Shown here: one piece after another, positions 1 to 8,484 of the stretch
Numbering within the stretch: the stretch's first letter is position 1
Layout: each line of letters begins with the position of its first letter
DNA from: a virus
Taxonomy: Duplodnaviria; Caudoviricetes
Virus record (IMG/VR): IMGVR_UViG_3300025782_000068
Span: 1-25,179 of that record
Reading direction: 5' to 3' (one strand)
DNA: 25,179 bases
The notes under the pieces: model-generated
Told to the model about the DNA's origin: nothing
Databases searched by the model: none
What the model saw: the letters and a program-made list of their open reading frames with translations, nothing else
Translations under genes and position numbers: made by a program

Positions 1-1
1 C

Positions 2-2917
2 CACGCCAACCGTTGCCGATGTTGCGGAATATACAGAGCCAGCAGGATATTGCTGAAGTTGTAGGTTTGCGTAATCCAAGGTGTTTGGTTGTGCGCGCAT
101 CGTTACTGGGAAGAAGGTTTGAATCTCGACAAGGGTTGAGTTTTGCGCTGCGCCTTGACCAAAGGTTAAATACTGAGATGAATCAGTTGTCATTCGGTAG
201 TAGTACCTCTGGCAAGCGGCTAACTCCCCCTGAAGTGTGCCACCAGCTCGGGAGAATGGTGTTGCGACTGGACTTGCTTCTAGTTGAACATTTGCAATTT
301 GAAAATAATCATTGGCAGACAAAGAAGTGAAGCCTGTTGTGCCATTACTTCTAAATCCAATATCTACAAAAGCACCCCAAGCAGTAGGAGCAGTTGCGAT
401 AGCAGTTGCAGAGCCAAAAGGAACGGCTGATGAGATGGTAATAAATTGCCAAGTATTTGCGGCATTGACTGTAAATCCTGCTACATAATCTCCGCCACCA
501 GTTTGACTAGAACCACCTATGCGAGCAGCGTGAGTGCCAGTCTTGTTGGACATATACCAAAACGACAAGGTGACTGTCTTGCCCATCAAAGAATAAATGT
601 TGCTAGTTTCAATAAACTGTCGGGCTACATATTCCACGACTGAAGTTGCCGAGGATGTTGCTTGTAAATACTTCGCAGAATAATAAATGCCGCCATTTGG
701 TACAGATGTGCTTTGCGTAACCGTAAGACTTGTTCCAGTTGCATTGCACGAACTTGTCCAACGGTCTGCCGTATAACTGCCCTGTGCGCCAGTAAATGAT
801 GTTCCGCGTTGCCAGATGTCAAAGCCGCCGTTGATGACTGCATTTTTGCCAGCCATTACTTGCCCTGCCCAACTTACCCCACCACCAGCAGAAGAGTTTG
901 CCACGAGTGTTGAGCCGTCAGCGCCTACGCCGAGGTTAGTGACTGTTGAAGCTCCTGTGCCGACAACAAGGTCGCCCTTGGCTGCGATTGTTGAAAGCGG
1001 AATAGCGTTGGCAACTGTGAAGCTGCTAGGTGAAGCTACAACGGCAGAATCTCCTGCAACAAGAGCAGTAAGTCCGGTGATCGAAGTACCTGTTGAAGCG
1101 GTGTAGTCAGTTCCGCGAACGAGAAGAACGCCGTTGATGAATACCTGCTCTGCGCCGACTGTGTAGGCAAGAGTCGTAGAGAAGCCGTCTGTGCCGCTTA
1201 GGGTTGTTTCGCCACCTGTTGCGGTGTAGCGCCAAGCAGAGATAGCAACTGTTGGCTGAGTTCCCTGCAAGCCCTGAACGCCTTGAGTTCCCTGTGTACC
1301 TGTCGAGCCTTGAAGTCCTTGAGTGCCTTGTAAACCTTGTGTGCCTTGTGCGCCGTTAGACCCGTTAGCGCCTTGTGTGCCCTGAGTACCGTTAGCACCC
1401 TGAGAACCTGTAGTTCCTTGCGAACCAGTTATTCCTTGAATACCTTGAGTTCCCTGCGAGCCAGTTGAACCTGTTGCGCCAGTAGTTCCTTGTGAACCCG
1501 TAGAGCCTGTTGCGCCTTGAGAACCAGTAATGCCTTGAGCGCCTTGTGCGCCAGTTGTTCCCTGCGCTCCTGTTGAACCAGTAGAGCCTTGCGCGCCAGT
1601 AGCACCCTGAGTACCCGTTGCGCCAGTCGTACCTTGCGAGCCAGTAGTTCCCTGAGCGCCTGTTGCTCCTTGCGCTCCCGCAGTTCCCTGTGTTCCAGTA
1701 GTTCCTTGAGAGCCAGTAGCTCCTTGAAGTCCCTGTGTACCTTGAGCGCCAGTTGCGCCCTGCAAGCCCTGAGTACCTTGAGAGCCTACGCCAGATGTTG
1801 CGGTGAAAAGGATTGAGTCTGTGCCGATTTGTAGAGAGCCGTCAGCGTTAGAACCCATGCCGTACTGAATCCACGAAGTAGCTGCGTTAGCGTTTCCTGA
1901 TGTTACATAAAGATAATCGCCGGGTTCAACCTGAGCCAAAACTGAGTTGTTGTAGTCAGTAGCGCGAGTCAATACCCATGGTCTGCCAGCAGGGTTGTTC
2001 TTACCTGCATCGGTGACGGTGTAAATACCGTTTTGAGTTTGAGTGGTTTGGTTCTTAACAAGTACGCGATCATTGAGAGCAAGGTTTACGACATCAATAG
2101 TGATAATGCCGTTAGCCGAAGCGGTGATCTTTGCACCAATACCTGTGCCGCCTTCGGCATCGGTAGTTCCTGCGGTGTAAGTAGCAGCGAGGTTAGCCGT
2201 TGTCGCAACGCGGGCAGAAGCGTGAGCGTTAGCAGAGCTAATACCGCCCTGAATACCCTGTGTGCCTTGCGCGCCTTGTGTGCCGAGTGCGCCCTGTGTT
2301 CCTGTTGCGCCTTGACTACCTGTCGTGCCTTGCAATCCTTGAATACCCTGAGCGCCAGTTGAACCCTGTGTGCCAGTAGCACCTTGCGTTCCAGTCGTAC
2401 CCTGAGAACCTGTAACACCTTGCGCACCTGTTGTGCCTTGAGTTCCCTGAGAACCCGTGTTACCCGTGATGCCTTGAGTACCTGTTGCACCTTGAGAGCC
2501 AGTTGTGCCTTGCGTACCTTGAGAACCTGTGTTGCCAATTGCCCCTTGTAAACCTTGAAGCCCTTGAATACCTTGAACACCCTGAGTGCCAGTTGCACCC
2601 TGCGAGCCCGTGTTACCCGTTGTGCCTTGGCGACCTTGAATACCCTGAACGCCTTGGCTGCCAGTAATACCTTGAACGCCTTGTGAGCCAGTAATGCCTT
2701 GGATGCCCTGCGCGCCTGTAGAGCCTTGCGCTCCAGTTATGCCCTGAACGCCCTGAGCGCCAATCGTTCCTTGGATGCCTTGGATGCCTTGTGTTCCCTG
2801 TACGCCCTGAATACCTTGGATTCCTTGGATGCCTTGTGGCCCTTGGATTCCGTTGATACCAGCAGCAGCTACGGTGATGATTGGGGTTATGGCTTGAACA
2901 TTAATGATGTCGCTCAT
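2..2917 (-). CDS. Collagen-like tail/virion fibre protein, >972 aa, 3' end beyond window
   Basis: Not in the ORF track. ATG at 2917 overlaps the TGA of the upstream gene (ATGA). Reads MSDIINVQAITPIITVAAAGINGIQGPQG..., then two Gly-X-Y blocks separated by a fibre domain (RVLVKNQTTQTQNGIY...WVLTRATDY). After that come NAVINGGFDIWQRG and VQLEASPVATPFSRAGGTLQGELAACQRYY motifs typical of phage fibres. The frame appears open to position 2. Confidence 0.92.
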   Translation of the reverse strand, partial: MSDIINVQAITPIITVAAAGINGIQGPQGIQGIQGIQGVQGTQGIQGIQGTIGAQGVQGITGAQGSTGAQGIQGITGSQGVQGITGSQGVQGIQGRQGTTGNTGSQGATGTQGVQGIQGLQGLQGAIGNTGSQGTQGTTGSQGATGTQGITGNTGSQGTQGTTGAQGVTGSQGTTGTQGATGTQGSTGAQGIQGLQGTTGSQGATGTQGALGTQGAQGTQGIQGGISSANAHASARVATTANLAATYTAGTTDAEGGTGIGAKITASANGIITIDVVNLALNDRVLVKNQTTQTQNGIYTVTDAGKNNPAGRPWVLTRATDYNNSVLAQVEPGDYLYVTSGNANAATSWIQYGMGSNADGSLQIGTDSILFTATSGVGSQGTQGLQGATGAQGTQGLQGATGSQGTTGTQGTAGAQGATGAQGTTGSQGTTGATGTQGATGAQGSTGSTGAQGTTGAQGAQGITGSQGATGSTGSQGTTGATGSTGSQGTQGIQGITGSQGTTGSQGANGTQGTQGANGSNGAQGTQGLQGTQGLQGSTGTQGTQGVQGLQGTQPTVAISAWRYTATGGETTLSGTDGFSTTLAYTVGAEQVFINGVLLVRGTDYTASTGTSITGLTALVAGDSAVVASPSSFTVANAIPLSTIAAKGDLVVGTGASTVTNLGVGADGSTLVANSSAGGGVSWAGQVMAGKNAVINGGFDIWQRGTSFTGAQGSYTADRWTSSCNATGTSLTVTQSTSVPNGGIYYSAKYLQATSSATSVVEYVARQFIETSNIYSLMGKTVTLSFWYMSNKTGTHAARIGGSSQTGGGDYVAGFTVNAANTWQFITISSAVPFGSATAIATAPTAWGAFVDIGFRSNGTTGFTSLSANDYFQIANVQLEASPVATPFSRAGGTLQGELAACQRYYYRMTTDSSQYLTFGQGAAQNSTLVEIQTFFPVTMRAQPNTLDYANLQLQQYPAGSVYSATSATVGV
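1256..1786 (-). repeat. Gly-X-Y collagen-like block 2 (about 59 triplets)
   Basis: GSQ/GTQ/GAT/GTT/GST/GLQ triplets with 9- and 18-nt periodicity (e.g. ccttgag, gcgccagt). Confidence 0.9.
2246..2860 (-). repeat. Gly-X-Y collagen-like block 1 (about 68 triplets)
   Basis: GIQ/GVQ/GTQ/GAT/GIT triplets from GINGIQGPQ to GIQGG. Confidence 0.9.
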
Positions 2918-3270
2918 CGAGAAACCACCGCCTCTACCTCAACTACGCCAGCTCCAAGAACGATGTTGCCTGTTGAATTAGTCAATACGCAATCCCATTG
3001 ATACTTGCCGGGTGCAACATTGACAATAGTGCTTACTTGAACCTGTGGGCTACCTGTTGGGTTAAAGGTGATGCCGTTTCCTGCGCTTAAAGCAAGAACA
3101 GTTGTCTTGGCAAGCGCAGATGTACGGAACTGTAACAAAGGTGTATAGCCCGTGACATTGATGGTTGTTCCATCTGGGTTTGTGTAATTAAATCCAATTG
3201 CCCAAAGTTGATTTTGCGTAAGTACGAGGTTGAGTGGGTCAGGAGTTTGGCTAAGTGATTGAGCCGTCAT
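2914..3270 (-). CDS. Small beta-sandwich virion protein (LtfC/p132/BppU-N-like fibre adaptor, tentative)
   Basis: 118 aa with alternating beta pattern (INVTGYTPLLQFR, GKYQWDCVLT, GVVEVEAVVSR); RBS AGGAG; coupled to the fibre gene by ATGA. Confidence 0.65.
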   Translation of the reverse strand: MTAQSLSQTPDPLNLVLTQNQLWAIGFNYTNPDGTTINVTGYTPLLQFRTSALAKTTVLALSAGNGITFNPTGSPQVQVSTIVNVAPGKYQWDCVLTNSTGNIVLGAGVVEVEAVVSR

Positions 3271-3279
3271 TGATTTCTC

Positions 3280-4641
3280 CTAAAGTGTTGAACCGCATTT
3301 CATACATACGAAAGCAGATTTGATATTGGGGAAGGAACAAGCAGGACAAAGTTTGCCGAGAGCTGACAAACTTGTTAGTGATGCTGAGCCTTCACTCAAT
3401 TCAGTTAGCGCCCAGACCAACGCATCCATACGGTCTGGCGAATCTTTACTTACACCCGGCTCCCACTCGCACATCTGTTCCTCAAGTTCAGGGAACATAC
3501 CGACATGGTGAACGCGACCTTGCTCGTAGAGTGAGGCGATAGGTTCGGCGCGTACTGCCTTACCGCGTGTTGCCGTCACTTTCTTAACGGGAAGGTTGGG
3601 GTTTACTTGCTGCAATAGATGAACTACCAAATCGCCGCCGTTGTTCGTTTCTGCGATGATGCGGTCTGCTTTGTATAGTTCAAAGTTAGATGTGATCTTA
3701 CGCGCCCATGTATCGGGGCTGGCCTTCATAGATGAATCGTCAAGAATGTAATAATGTCCGTCAGCTGCATAGCCAGCAGTCACGATACCTGTAAGGTCTG
3801 AATCTTCACCGCTAGTAACGGCAGGATCAACACCTACGACTACGCGAATGAGCGCAGGTACTTGATCGGGTTTAATACGAGATGCTTCAATTTGGTTTCT
3901 ATTCCAAAGAGCGCCGGGGTTGTCATCTAGGACTTCACCGAATAATTCTTGCCTTCCCAACCGCGTATTAGCGTAGCGGTTCTGCATCTCAAGCAAAGCA
4001 GATTCAGAGAGGTTGTCAGCGTTATCAAATGTTGAGCCACGCGTGACAAAAGTAGATTTTTTATTAAGTAATTCTTTAATCAGTTTAGTTGGGCGAGGCG
4101 TTGTCGTAATAACAATTTGAGGATGATCGCCCAAACGCATACCGAACTGCAACTGATCCCAAGTATCGGGTTTCTCCCAAGCAGCTAACTCATCACACCA
4201 AGCGCCGTGATGTTGTGGGCCACGAAGTCTGTCAGGTTCCTCAGCCGAGAAGCCTTTAATGCGTGAGCCGTTAGGAAATGTGTAAGCAAAGTTTGATCTG
4301 TTGTAAGCCTTGTCGTCATAAATGCCGTAGCGTTTAATAACGCTTATCAGTCCAGACTCACCCTCAAAGCAGGTATCTCGTATATCAGCCGAGGTTCTGG
4401 CCACTACCGCCCAACGGGTCTTCTTCTGACTCAGGGCTTGCCAAACTATCCACTCCGCGCCCGTTCTCGTCTTGCCCCATCCGCGACCCGATAGAATCAT
4501 CCAAGTCTGCCAGTTGTTCTCCGGCGGTAATTGGTTCGATCTCGCTACTGATTTCCAATACAGTCTGCTCGCCGTCTGAATGTCCAAGGGCAGCAATTCG
4601 AGCTTCTGCGATGAGATAGGCGAACTGTCTAACGCGTTCAT
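3280..4641 (-). CDS. terL: Terminase large subunit with C-terminal CxxC-CxxC tail
   Basis: QLPP..W motif, Walker A GRGWGKT, Walker B WCDE, motif III TTTP, nuclease VGVDP, ETNNGG and SPDRMDA. Confidence 0.97.
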   Translation of the reverse strand: MNALDSSPISSQKLELLPLDIQTASRLYWKSVARSNQLPPENNWQTWMILSGRGWGKTRTGAEWIVWQALSQKKTRWAVVARTSADIRDTCFEGESGLISVIKRYGIYDDKAYNRSNFAYTFPNGSRIKGFSAEEPDRLRGPQHHGAWCDELAAWEKPDTWDQLQFGMRLGDHPQIVITTTPRPTKLIKELLNKKSTFVTRGSTFDNADNLSESALLEMQNRYANTRLGRQELFGEVLDDNPGALWNRNQIEASRIKPDQVPALIRVVVGVDPAVTSGEDSDLTGIVTAGYAADGHYYILDDSSMKASPDTWARKITSNFELYKADRIIAETNNGGDLVVHLLQQVNPNLPVKKVTATRGKAVRAEPIASLYEQGRVHHVGMFPELEEQMCEWEPGVSKDSPDRMDALVWALTELSEGSASLTSLSALGKLCPACSFPNIKSAFVCMKCGSTL

Positions 4642-5017
4642 CTAATTCGCCCCCATCTAATACCGTGACCTCGTTCTGCACCTTGATTGGTGTATCTAGA
4701 CCGAGTAGTCTAGCGCGCCTTTCCATGAGGCGTACGATGGTATTAACTGAAGCGTTATCGCCTTTCATGGCTTTAGGCCAAAGTGCTAGTTGTAGTCTGT
4801 CTATGCGGTCAAGCTCTGCAAATCTTAGTTCGTCTGCTGGCTGCTGCTGAGTGCGCTTGAGCGCTCGCTTGTAGGCTGCATACGCGCCTGTGTGATCGGC
4901 GTAACCGACTTCCTCGGCGATTCTCTGCCAAGTCAATCCTGCTCGGCGTAACTCCAGCACCTTGTTCTCTTTATCAAAGAGTTCTGGGCTAGGTACTGCG
5001 GCGTTGTGATTTGGCAT
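4385..5017 (-). CDS. terS: Terminase small subunit
   Basis: N-terminal HTH (ELRRAGLTWQRIAEEVGY), helical core ending ERRARLLGLD, directly upstream of terL. Confidence 0.8.
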   Translation of the reverse strand: MPNHNAAVPSPELFDKENKVLELRRAGLTWQRIAEEVGYADHTGAYAAYKRALKRTQQQPADELRFAELDRIDRLQLALWPKAMKGDNASVNTIVRLMERRARLLGLDTPIKVQNEVTVLDGGELDERVRQFAYLIAEARIAALGHSDGEQTVLEISSEIEPITAGEQLADLDDSIGSRMGQDENGRGVDSLASPESEEDPLGGSGQNLG

Positions 5018-5024
5018 AGATAGA

Positions 5025-6482
5025 TTACTTACTTGTCACAAGCTCGGCTTTTTGCCCAGTCAGGTTTTCCCAACGCTTTACGATTACATCAACATAAACA
5101 GGGGTGAGTTCCATTGTGTAACAGATTCTTCCTGTTTGTTCTGCTCCAATAAGGGTTGAGCCTGAACCGCCAAAAGGTTCAACACATAAACCGCCTTTGG
5201 GAAGGCTTGATTTCATAACACGAGCCATCATTTCGACTGGCTTAGGGGTTGCGTGTCCTTGTCTTTCTTCTCCATGAACTTTATCAAAACTCCAAACTTC
5301 ATTCATATTGTCGTGAGTATTGTTAAAATAAGCACGAGTCGAATAAAAATCCTTTTTGAGCGCATCGTAATCCTTTTTGAGCGCATCGTAATCCTTTTTG
5401 AGCGCATCGTATGGTTTTGCCGCTTCTTGCAAAATTAAATAATACTTTTCAATAATAAAAGTCCATTGTGACTTTGAAAGCCAATGTTGAGCCATACTGC
5501 TTACGCCACATATTGCATTAACTTCTTTTGATGACCACCCACATTTAGCAATTTCAGATTCTAAATAGGAACGAATTGGCTCCCACCCATCCCAGTAATT
5601 GTCTGAATTGTTATTAAAACCTTGTTCGCCTAACATAATAAACAAACAGCGTTCGGTATTTACCGCGTAAGATCGAGTAAGTTCTGAATTTTGACCCATT
5701 CCCGAAGGTTTAGACCAAACTATCTCATTTCGAAAAGTCATACGCTCAATTTGTTTTAATCCATTAAACCAAAGCCGCCATAAATCTTCGGGATTGCCCC
5801 AAATATAAACTCCGGCGTTATCGACTACATATTTACGCCAAGTTTTAAACCAAAGAATTTGAAACGAATCAAGTTTATCAGCGTAAAGATTGTCATTTTC
5901 AACGCCGTCTTTTTCTTTACCCATTCCATAGGGAGGATCGGCGTGAATAAGGTTGGCAATTTGTCCATTCATTAGCGCGGCTACATGGTCTTTATTAGTT
6001 GAATCGCCACACATAACGCGATGTTTGCCAAGTTGCCAAATATCGCCGATTTTAGAAATTGCTTCGGCTTGAACTTCTGGAATCTCATCCTCATCCACAG
6101 GCTCAACATCTGCTAATGCTGGTATCTCAAAACCTAATTCGGTTATATCCCAGTCAGCATCCTGTAATTCTAAAAGCTGCTTGGCAAGTTCTGATTCATC
6201 CCACTCAGCCAGTTCAGCCGTTCTGTTATCGGCGAGCGCATAGGCTTTAGCGGTGTCGTTGTCCCAATCCTCAGGAACCTCTGACACTTCAATCTCTGTC
6301 CAGCCTAAAGAGCGCGCAGCCTCTAAGGTTCCGTTGCCCGCTAAGACAACGCCACGGTGAACCACTAGAGGCTTGCGTTGTCCGAACTTTAGCAGAGATG
6401 CAGCAATTGCATCAAGGTTACGCTGCGAGTGTTTGCGAGCGTTCTTGGGGTCAAGAGTTAGTTCTGTGATCTGTATTTTCAC
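5025..6482 (-). CDS. ParB-like N-terminal domain fused to a beta-class N6A/N4C DNA methyltransferase
   Basis: ParBc-like NARKH...LAGNGTLEAA...ADNR; motif IV DPPY precedes HATPKP and motif I EPFGGSGST. Confidence 0.93.
   Translation of the reverse strand: MKIQITELTLDPKNARKHSQRNLDAIAASLLKFGQRKPLVVHRGVVLAGNGTLEAARSLGWTEIEVSEVPEDWDNDTAKAYALADNRTAELAEWDESELAKQLLELQDADWDITELGFEIPALADVEPVDEDEIPEVQAEAISKIGDIWQLGKHRVMCGDSTNKDHVAALMNGQIANLIHADPPYGMGKEKDGVENDNLYADKLDSFQILWFKTWRKYVVDNAGVYIWGNPEDLWRLWFNGLKQIERMTFRNEIVWSKPSGMGQNSELTRSYAVNTERCLFIMLGEQGFNNNSDNYWDGWEPIRSYLESEIAKCGWSSKEVNAICGVSSMAQHWLSKSQWTFIIEKYYLILQEAAKPYDALKKDYDALKKDYDALKKDFYSTRAYFNNTHDNMNEVWSFDKVHGEERQGHATPKPVEMMARVMKSSLPKGGLCVEPFGGSGSTLIGAEQTGRICYTMELTPVYVDVIVKRWENLTGQKAELVTSK
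5349..5411 (-). repeat. 3 x 21-nt perfect tandem repeat encoding YDALKKD heptads
   Basis: atcctttttgagcgcatcgta at 5349, 5370 and 5391. Confidence 0.97.
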
Positions 6483-6663
6483 GGTTGCCCCCCGATGAAA
6501 GATTTAAGCGTTCGTCTAAGAGGTCATCTATTGCCTCTTGAATCGTTTGGCGTTTGCGCCAATCCATGCGGTTTCCGTACTGGTCAATTTTGAGGCGATC
6601 GTTAAGGTAACCGATAGCTTCATCAAGCTCGGCGATTGTGACTTTGCCAGACACTATGACCAC
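6451..6663 (-). CDS. Hypothetical helical protein
   Basis: 70 aa ORF between the putative late promoter and the methyltransferase; start codon uncertain. Confidence 0.65.
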   Translation of the reverse strand: MVIVSGKVTIAELDEAIGYLNDRLKIDQYGNRMDWRKRQTIQEAIDDLLDERLNLSSGGNRENTDHRTNS

Positions 6664-6719
6664 AAGTAGGCTCGCTTTCGTTGAGCCTTCACGGGTGTAG
6701 AGAATTCCACTCTAAATAC

Positions 6720-6748
6720 ATAATAGCACATCATTGCAAATCAAACAA
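6720..6748 (-). promoter_or_regulatory. Putative sigma70-type promoter for the packaging/structural operon
   Basis: Minus strand TTGTTT-17nt-TATTAT with TGn extension. Confidence 0.5.
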
Positions 6749-6917
6749 ATCGCTTCATGTGCTTGAGCGCTCTGCGCTTGTCGTAAGCCTTCTGTAAGGT
6801 ATCAAGATCGTAAAGGTCGTTGTCAGCTTCAATGCGATCTTCCTTAATCCAGCGCATGACAGTTCGGTTGGTGACCGAGTAAAGCATTGAGGCTTGGACT
6901 ATTGAAATCTTAGGCAA
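6741..6917 (-). CDS. Small MerR/excisionase-like HTH protein (58 aa)
   Basis: Own translation, TTG start: MPKISIVQASMLYSVTNRTVMRWIKEDRIEADNDLYDLDTLQKAYDKRRALKHMKRFV. Confidence 0.75.
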   Translation of the reverse strand: MPKISIVQASMLYSVTNRTVMRWIKEDRIEADNDLYDLDTLQKAYDKRRALKHMKRFV

Positions 6918-7314
6918 TTTTAGCGCGATTTCTATTACAAACTCGGCAATGTCTGCTTTTGTTGCCGTTACTTCTTACTGCAAAGTAAGTATTGGCTTCG
7001 TTGTATTCGTGGTTTTGCGGGCAATGTGTTTTTAGCTTTTGATTTAACCCTGAATTGCCTCGTCTTACATTTTCAAGATGCGTGACCGCTTCAAGGTGTT
7101 CGGGGTTTACGCAGTTTCTAACACGGCATAAATGATCTATAACCAAACCCGATGAAATATGACCAACAAATGTTTCATAAGAAAATCTATGAGCGCTTAC
7201 CTTATTTGGCGCTCTAAAACGACCATATCCATTTGCCTCAATAGAACCTGTCCACAACCAACAAGAATTTGTTTTTTGAACTTTGTTAAAAAACCGATCA
7301 AGTACATCAGTCAT
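6910..7314 (-). CDS. HNH homing endonuclease (HNH_3-like)
   Basis: CWLWTG, AHRFSY, IDHLCRVRNCVNPEHL..VT..EN and a KTHC..H..CRVC tail; AT-rich; start placed at the ATGA overlap at 7314. Confidence 0.9.
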   Translation of the reverse strand: MTDVLDRFFNKVQKTNSCWLWTGSIEANGYGRFRAPNKVSAHRFSYETFVGHISSGLVIDHLCRVRNCVNPEHLEAVTHLENVRRGNSGLNQKLKTHCPQNHEYNEANTYFAVRSNGNKSRHCRVCNRNRAKIA

Positions 7315-7940
7315 CCTTGAAGAACCTTTCCCAACAAACGCCATTTATCGCTTGACCAAATTGTATCGCAAGCACGACATTTGACTTCTAGCAAGCGTTC
7401 AAGTTGATTGGGATTAACGCGAAGAGATGCCCCGCAAGGTTTGCCTTCTTCGTTTACCGAAGGACACTTACCCAAGACTATATCCTCTGACTTATGACCT
7501 AAGACCATTTTGATCTTGTTGGTCGTGGTAATGATTGTGACAACAAGCTTATCTGCTTCTGGGTACTCTGATCGAATCCACTCAGAGCGCTTAGAGATGT
7601 ATTGCGTGGTCAAGATGATTCGGGCAAGTTCATCCATCCGGCGCTCGCCATGCCAAGTGATTTTCATTTCGTGGCGAATCTCGCGCATCTTTTGTTCATG
7701 CTCCATAAGTGGCACGGAAATCCCCCCAGATCGTAGGTGTAGCGTTTCTAGGCGTACTGGTATTGGCGAGGATTCCCCGCTACCTGATACGCGCTCGCCT
7801 TGAGTGCCTTTGCTTGGTAGCAACTCTGACTCAAGTTCTTTGTATCGTGTTGGAAACTTAACAACTTCAGACATGGCAAATTGCCAGCAACTATCACAAA
7901 CAGAATACTGAGATGATCGCCGACAATTTACACACTTCAC
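7311..7940 (-). CDS. Hypothetical protein with N- and C-terminal Cys (Zn-finger) clusters
   Basis: CVNC..CDSC at the N-terminus; KCP..CGASL..KCRAC..W at the C-terminus; GTGA-coupled. Confidence 0.8.
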   Translation of the reverse strand: MKCVNCRRSSQYSVCDSCWQFAMSEVVKFPTRYKELESELLPSKGTQGERVSGSGESSPIPVRLETLHLRSGGISVPLMEHEQKMREIRHEMKITWHGERRMDELARIILTTQYISKRSEWIRSEYPEADKLVVTIITTTNKIKMVLGHKSEDIVLGKCPSVNEEGKPCGASLRVNPNQLERLLEVKCRACDTIWSSDKWRLLGKVLQG

Positions 7941-8095
7941 TTTTGACGAGCTGCCTTTACCGCCTCAACATCCTCGCGGTTGTAAAAAACCTTCTTACCT
8001 TCACGCTTTACCCATACAAGAATCTTGCGATACTGCAACTGGTAGAGGTGATTGGCTTTGATGCCAAGGTGTTCTTGAACTTCTTTAGAGGTCAT
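7937..8095 (-). CDS. Small excisionase-like HTH protein (52 aa; alternative start 8104)
   Basis: Own translation: MTSKEVQEHLGIKANHLYQLQYRKILVWVKREGKKVFYNREDVEAVKAARQK; overlaps both neighbours by 4 nt. Confidence 0.8.
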   Translation of the reverse strand: MTSKEVQEHLGIKANHLYQLQYRKILVWVKREGKKVFYNREDVEAVKAARQK

Positions 8096-8484
8096 GAGTT
8101 CCATGAACTACCCCATGAAGGCTCATCTTGAATTGCTGCCTTTTGGCGTTGTTGCGCTTTAAGTGGCTCGGTGATCTTTGTTGCCTTGATCTCATAAGCA
8201 ATCTTGCGTGTGCCATCTTTAGCATCGTATTCGGTGATTACTAGATCGCCAGTTACTTCTAACTTCTGACCCTTAGTAACTGCATCAGCAACAACTTCTG
8301 CTTGACGACCTGTTACTGATACGCTGTACCAAATAGTTAGACCGTCTTGCCATTCGCCGCCTTTGTTAAAGCGTTGAGAATCTGCAAGTGAAAAGTTTGC
8401 TACTGCGAAATCGCCGTTCTTGCCTTTAATAAACTTTAGTTCTGGGTCTTTACCAACTGCGCCCGTTACTGTGATTGTTGCCAT
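8092..8484 (-). CDS. ssb: Single-stranded DNA-binding protein
   Basis: ITVTGAVGKDPELKF, ANFSLA, WYSV, KGQKLEVTG: OB-fold SSB motifs; RBS GGGAGAG. Confidence 0.93.
   Translation of the reverse strand: MATITVTGAVGKDPELKFIKGKNGDFAVANFSLADSQRFNKGGEWQDGLTIWYSVSVTGRQAEVVADAVTKGQKLEVTGDLVITEYDAKDGTRKIAYEIKATKITEPLKAQQRQKAAIQDEPSWGSSWNS

Noticed and set aside
2-330. Diversity-generating retroelement target at the fibre C-terminal region
   Set aside because: No reverse transcriptase or template repeat is visible in the window.
13-3001. Many short ORFs in the track on both strands (e.g. 816..1106, 1198..1398, 2086..2598, 2699..3001)
   Set aside because: They are shadow frames of the repetitive collagen fibre ORF 2..2917.
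5349-5411. Tandem repeats as a CRISPR array
   Set aside because: No spacers; the units are contiguous and in-frame within a coding sequence.
6664-6720. tRNA or known riboswitch in this and other intergenic gaps
   Set aside because: No cloverleaf, T-loop or recognisable aptamer consensus was seen.
5025-7314. Methyltransferase + HNH as a restriction-modification pair
   Set aside because: The genes are separated by others, the HNH is of the homing type, and ParB-methyltransferases upstream of terS are a common orphan arrangement.
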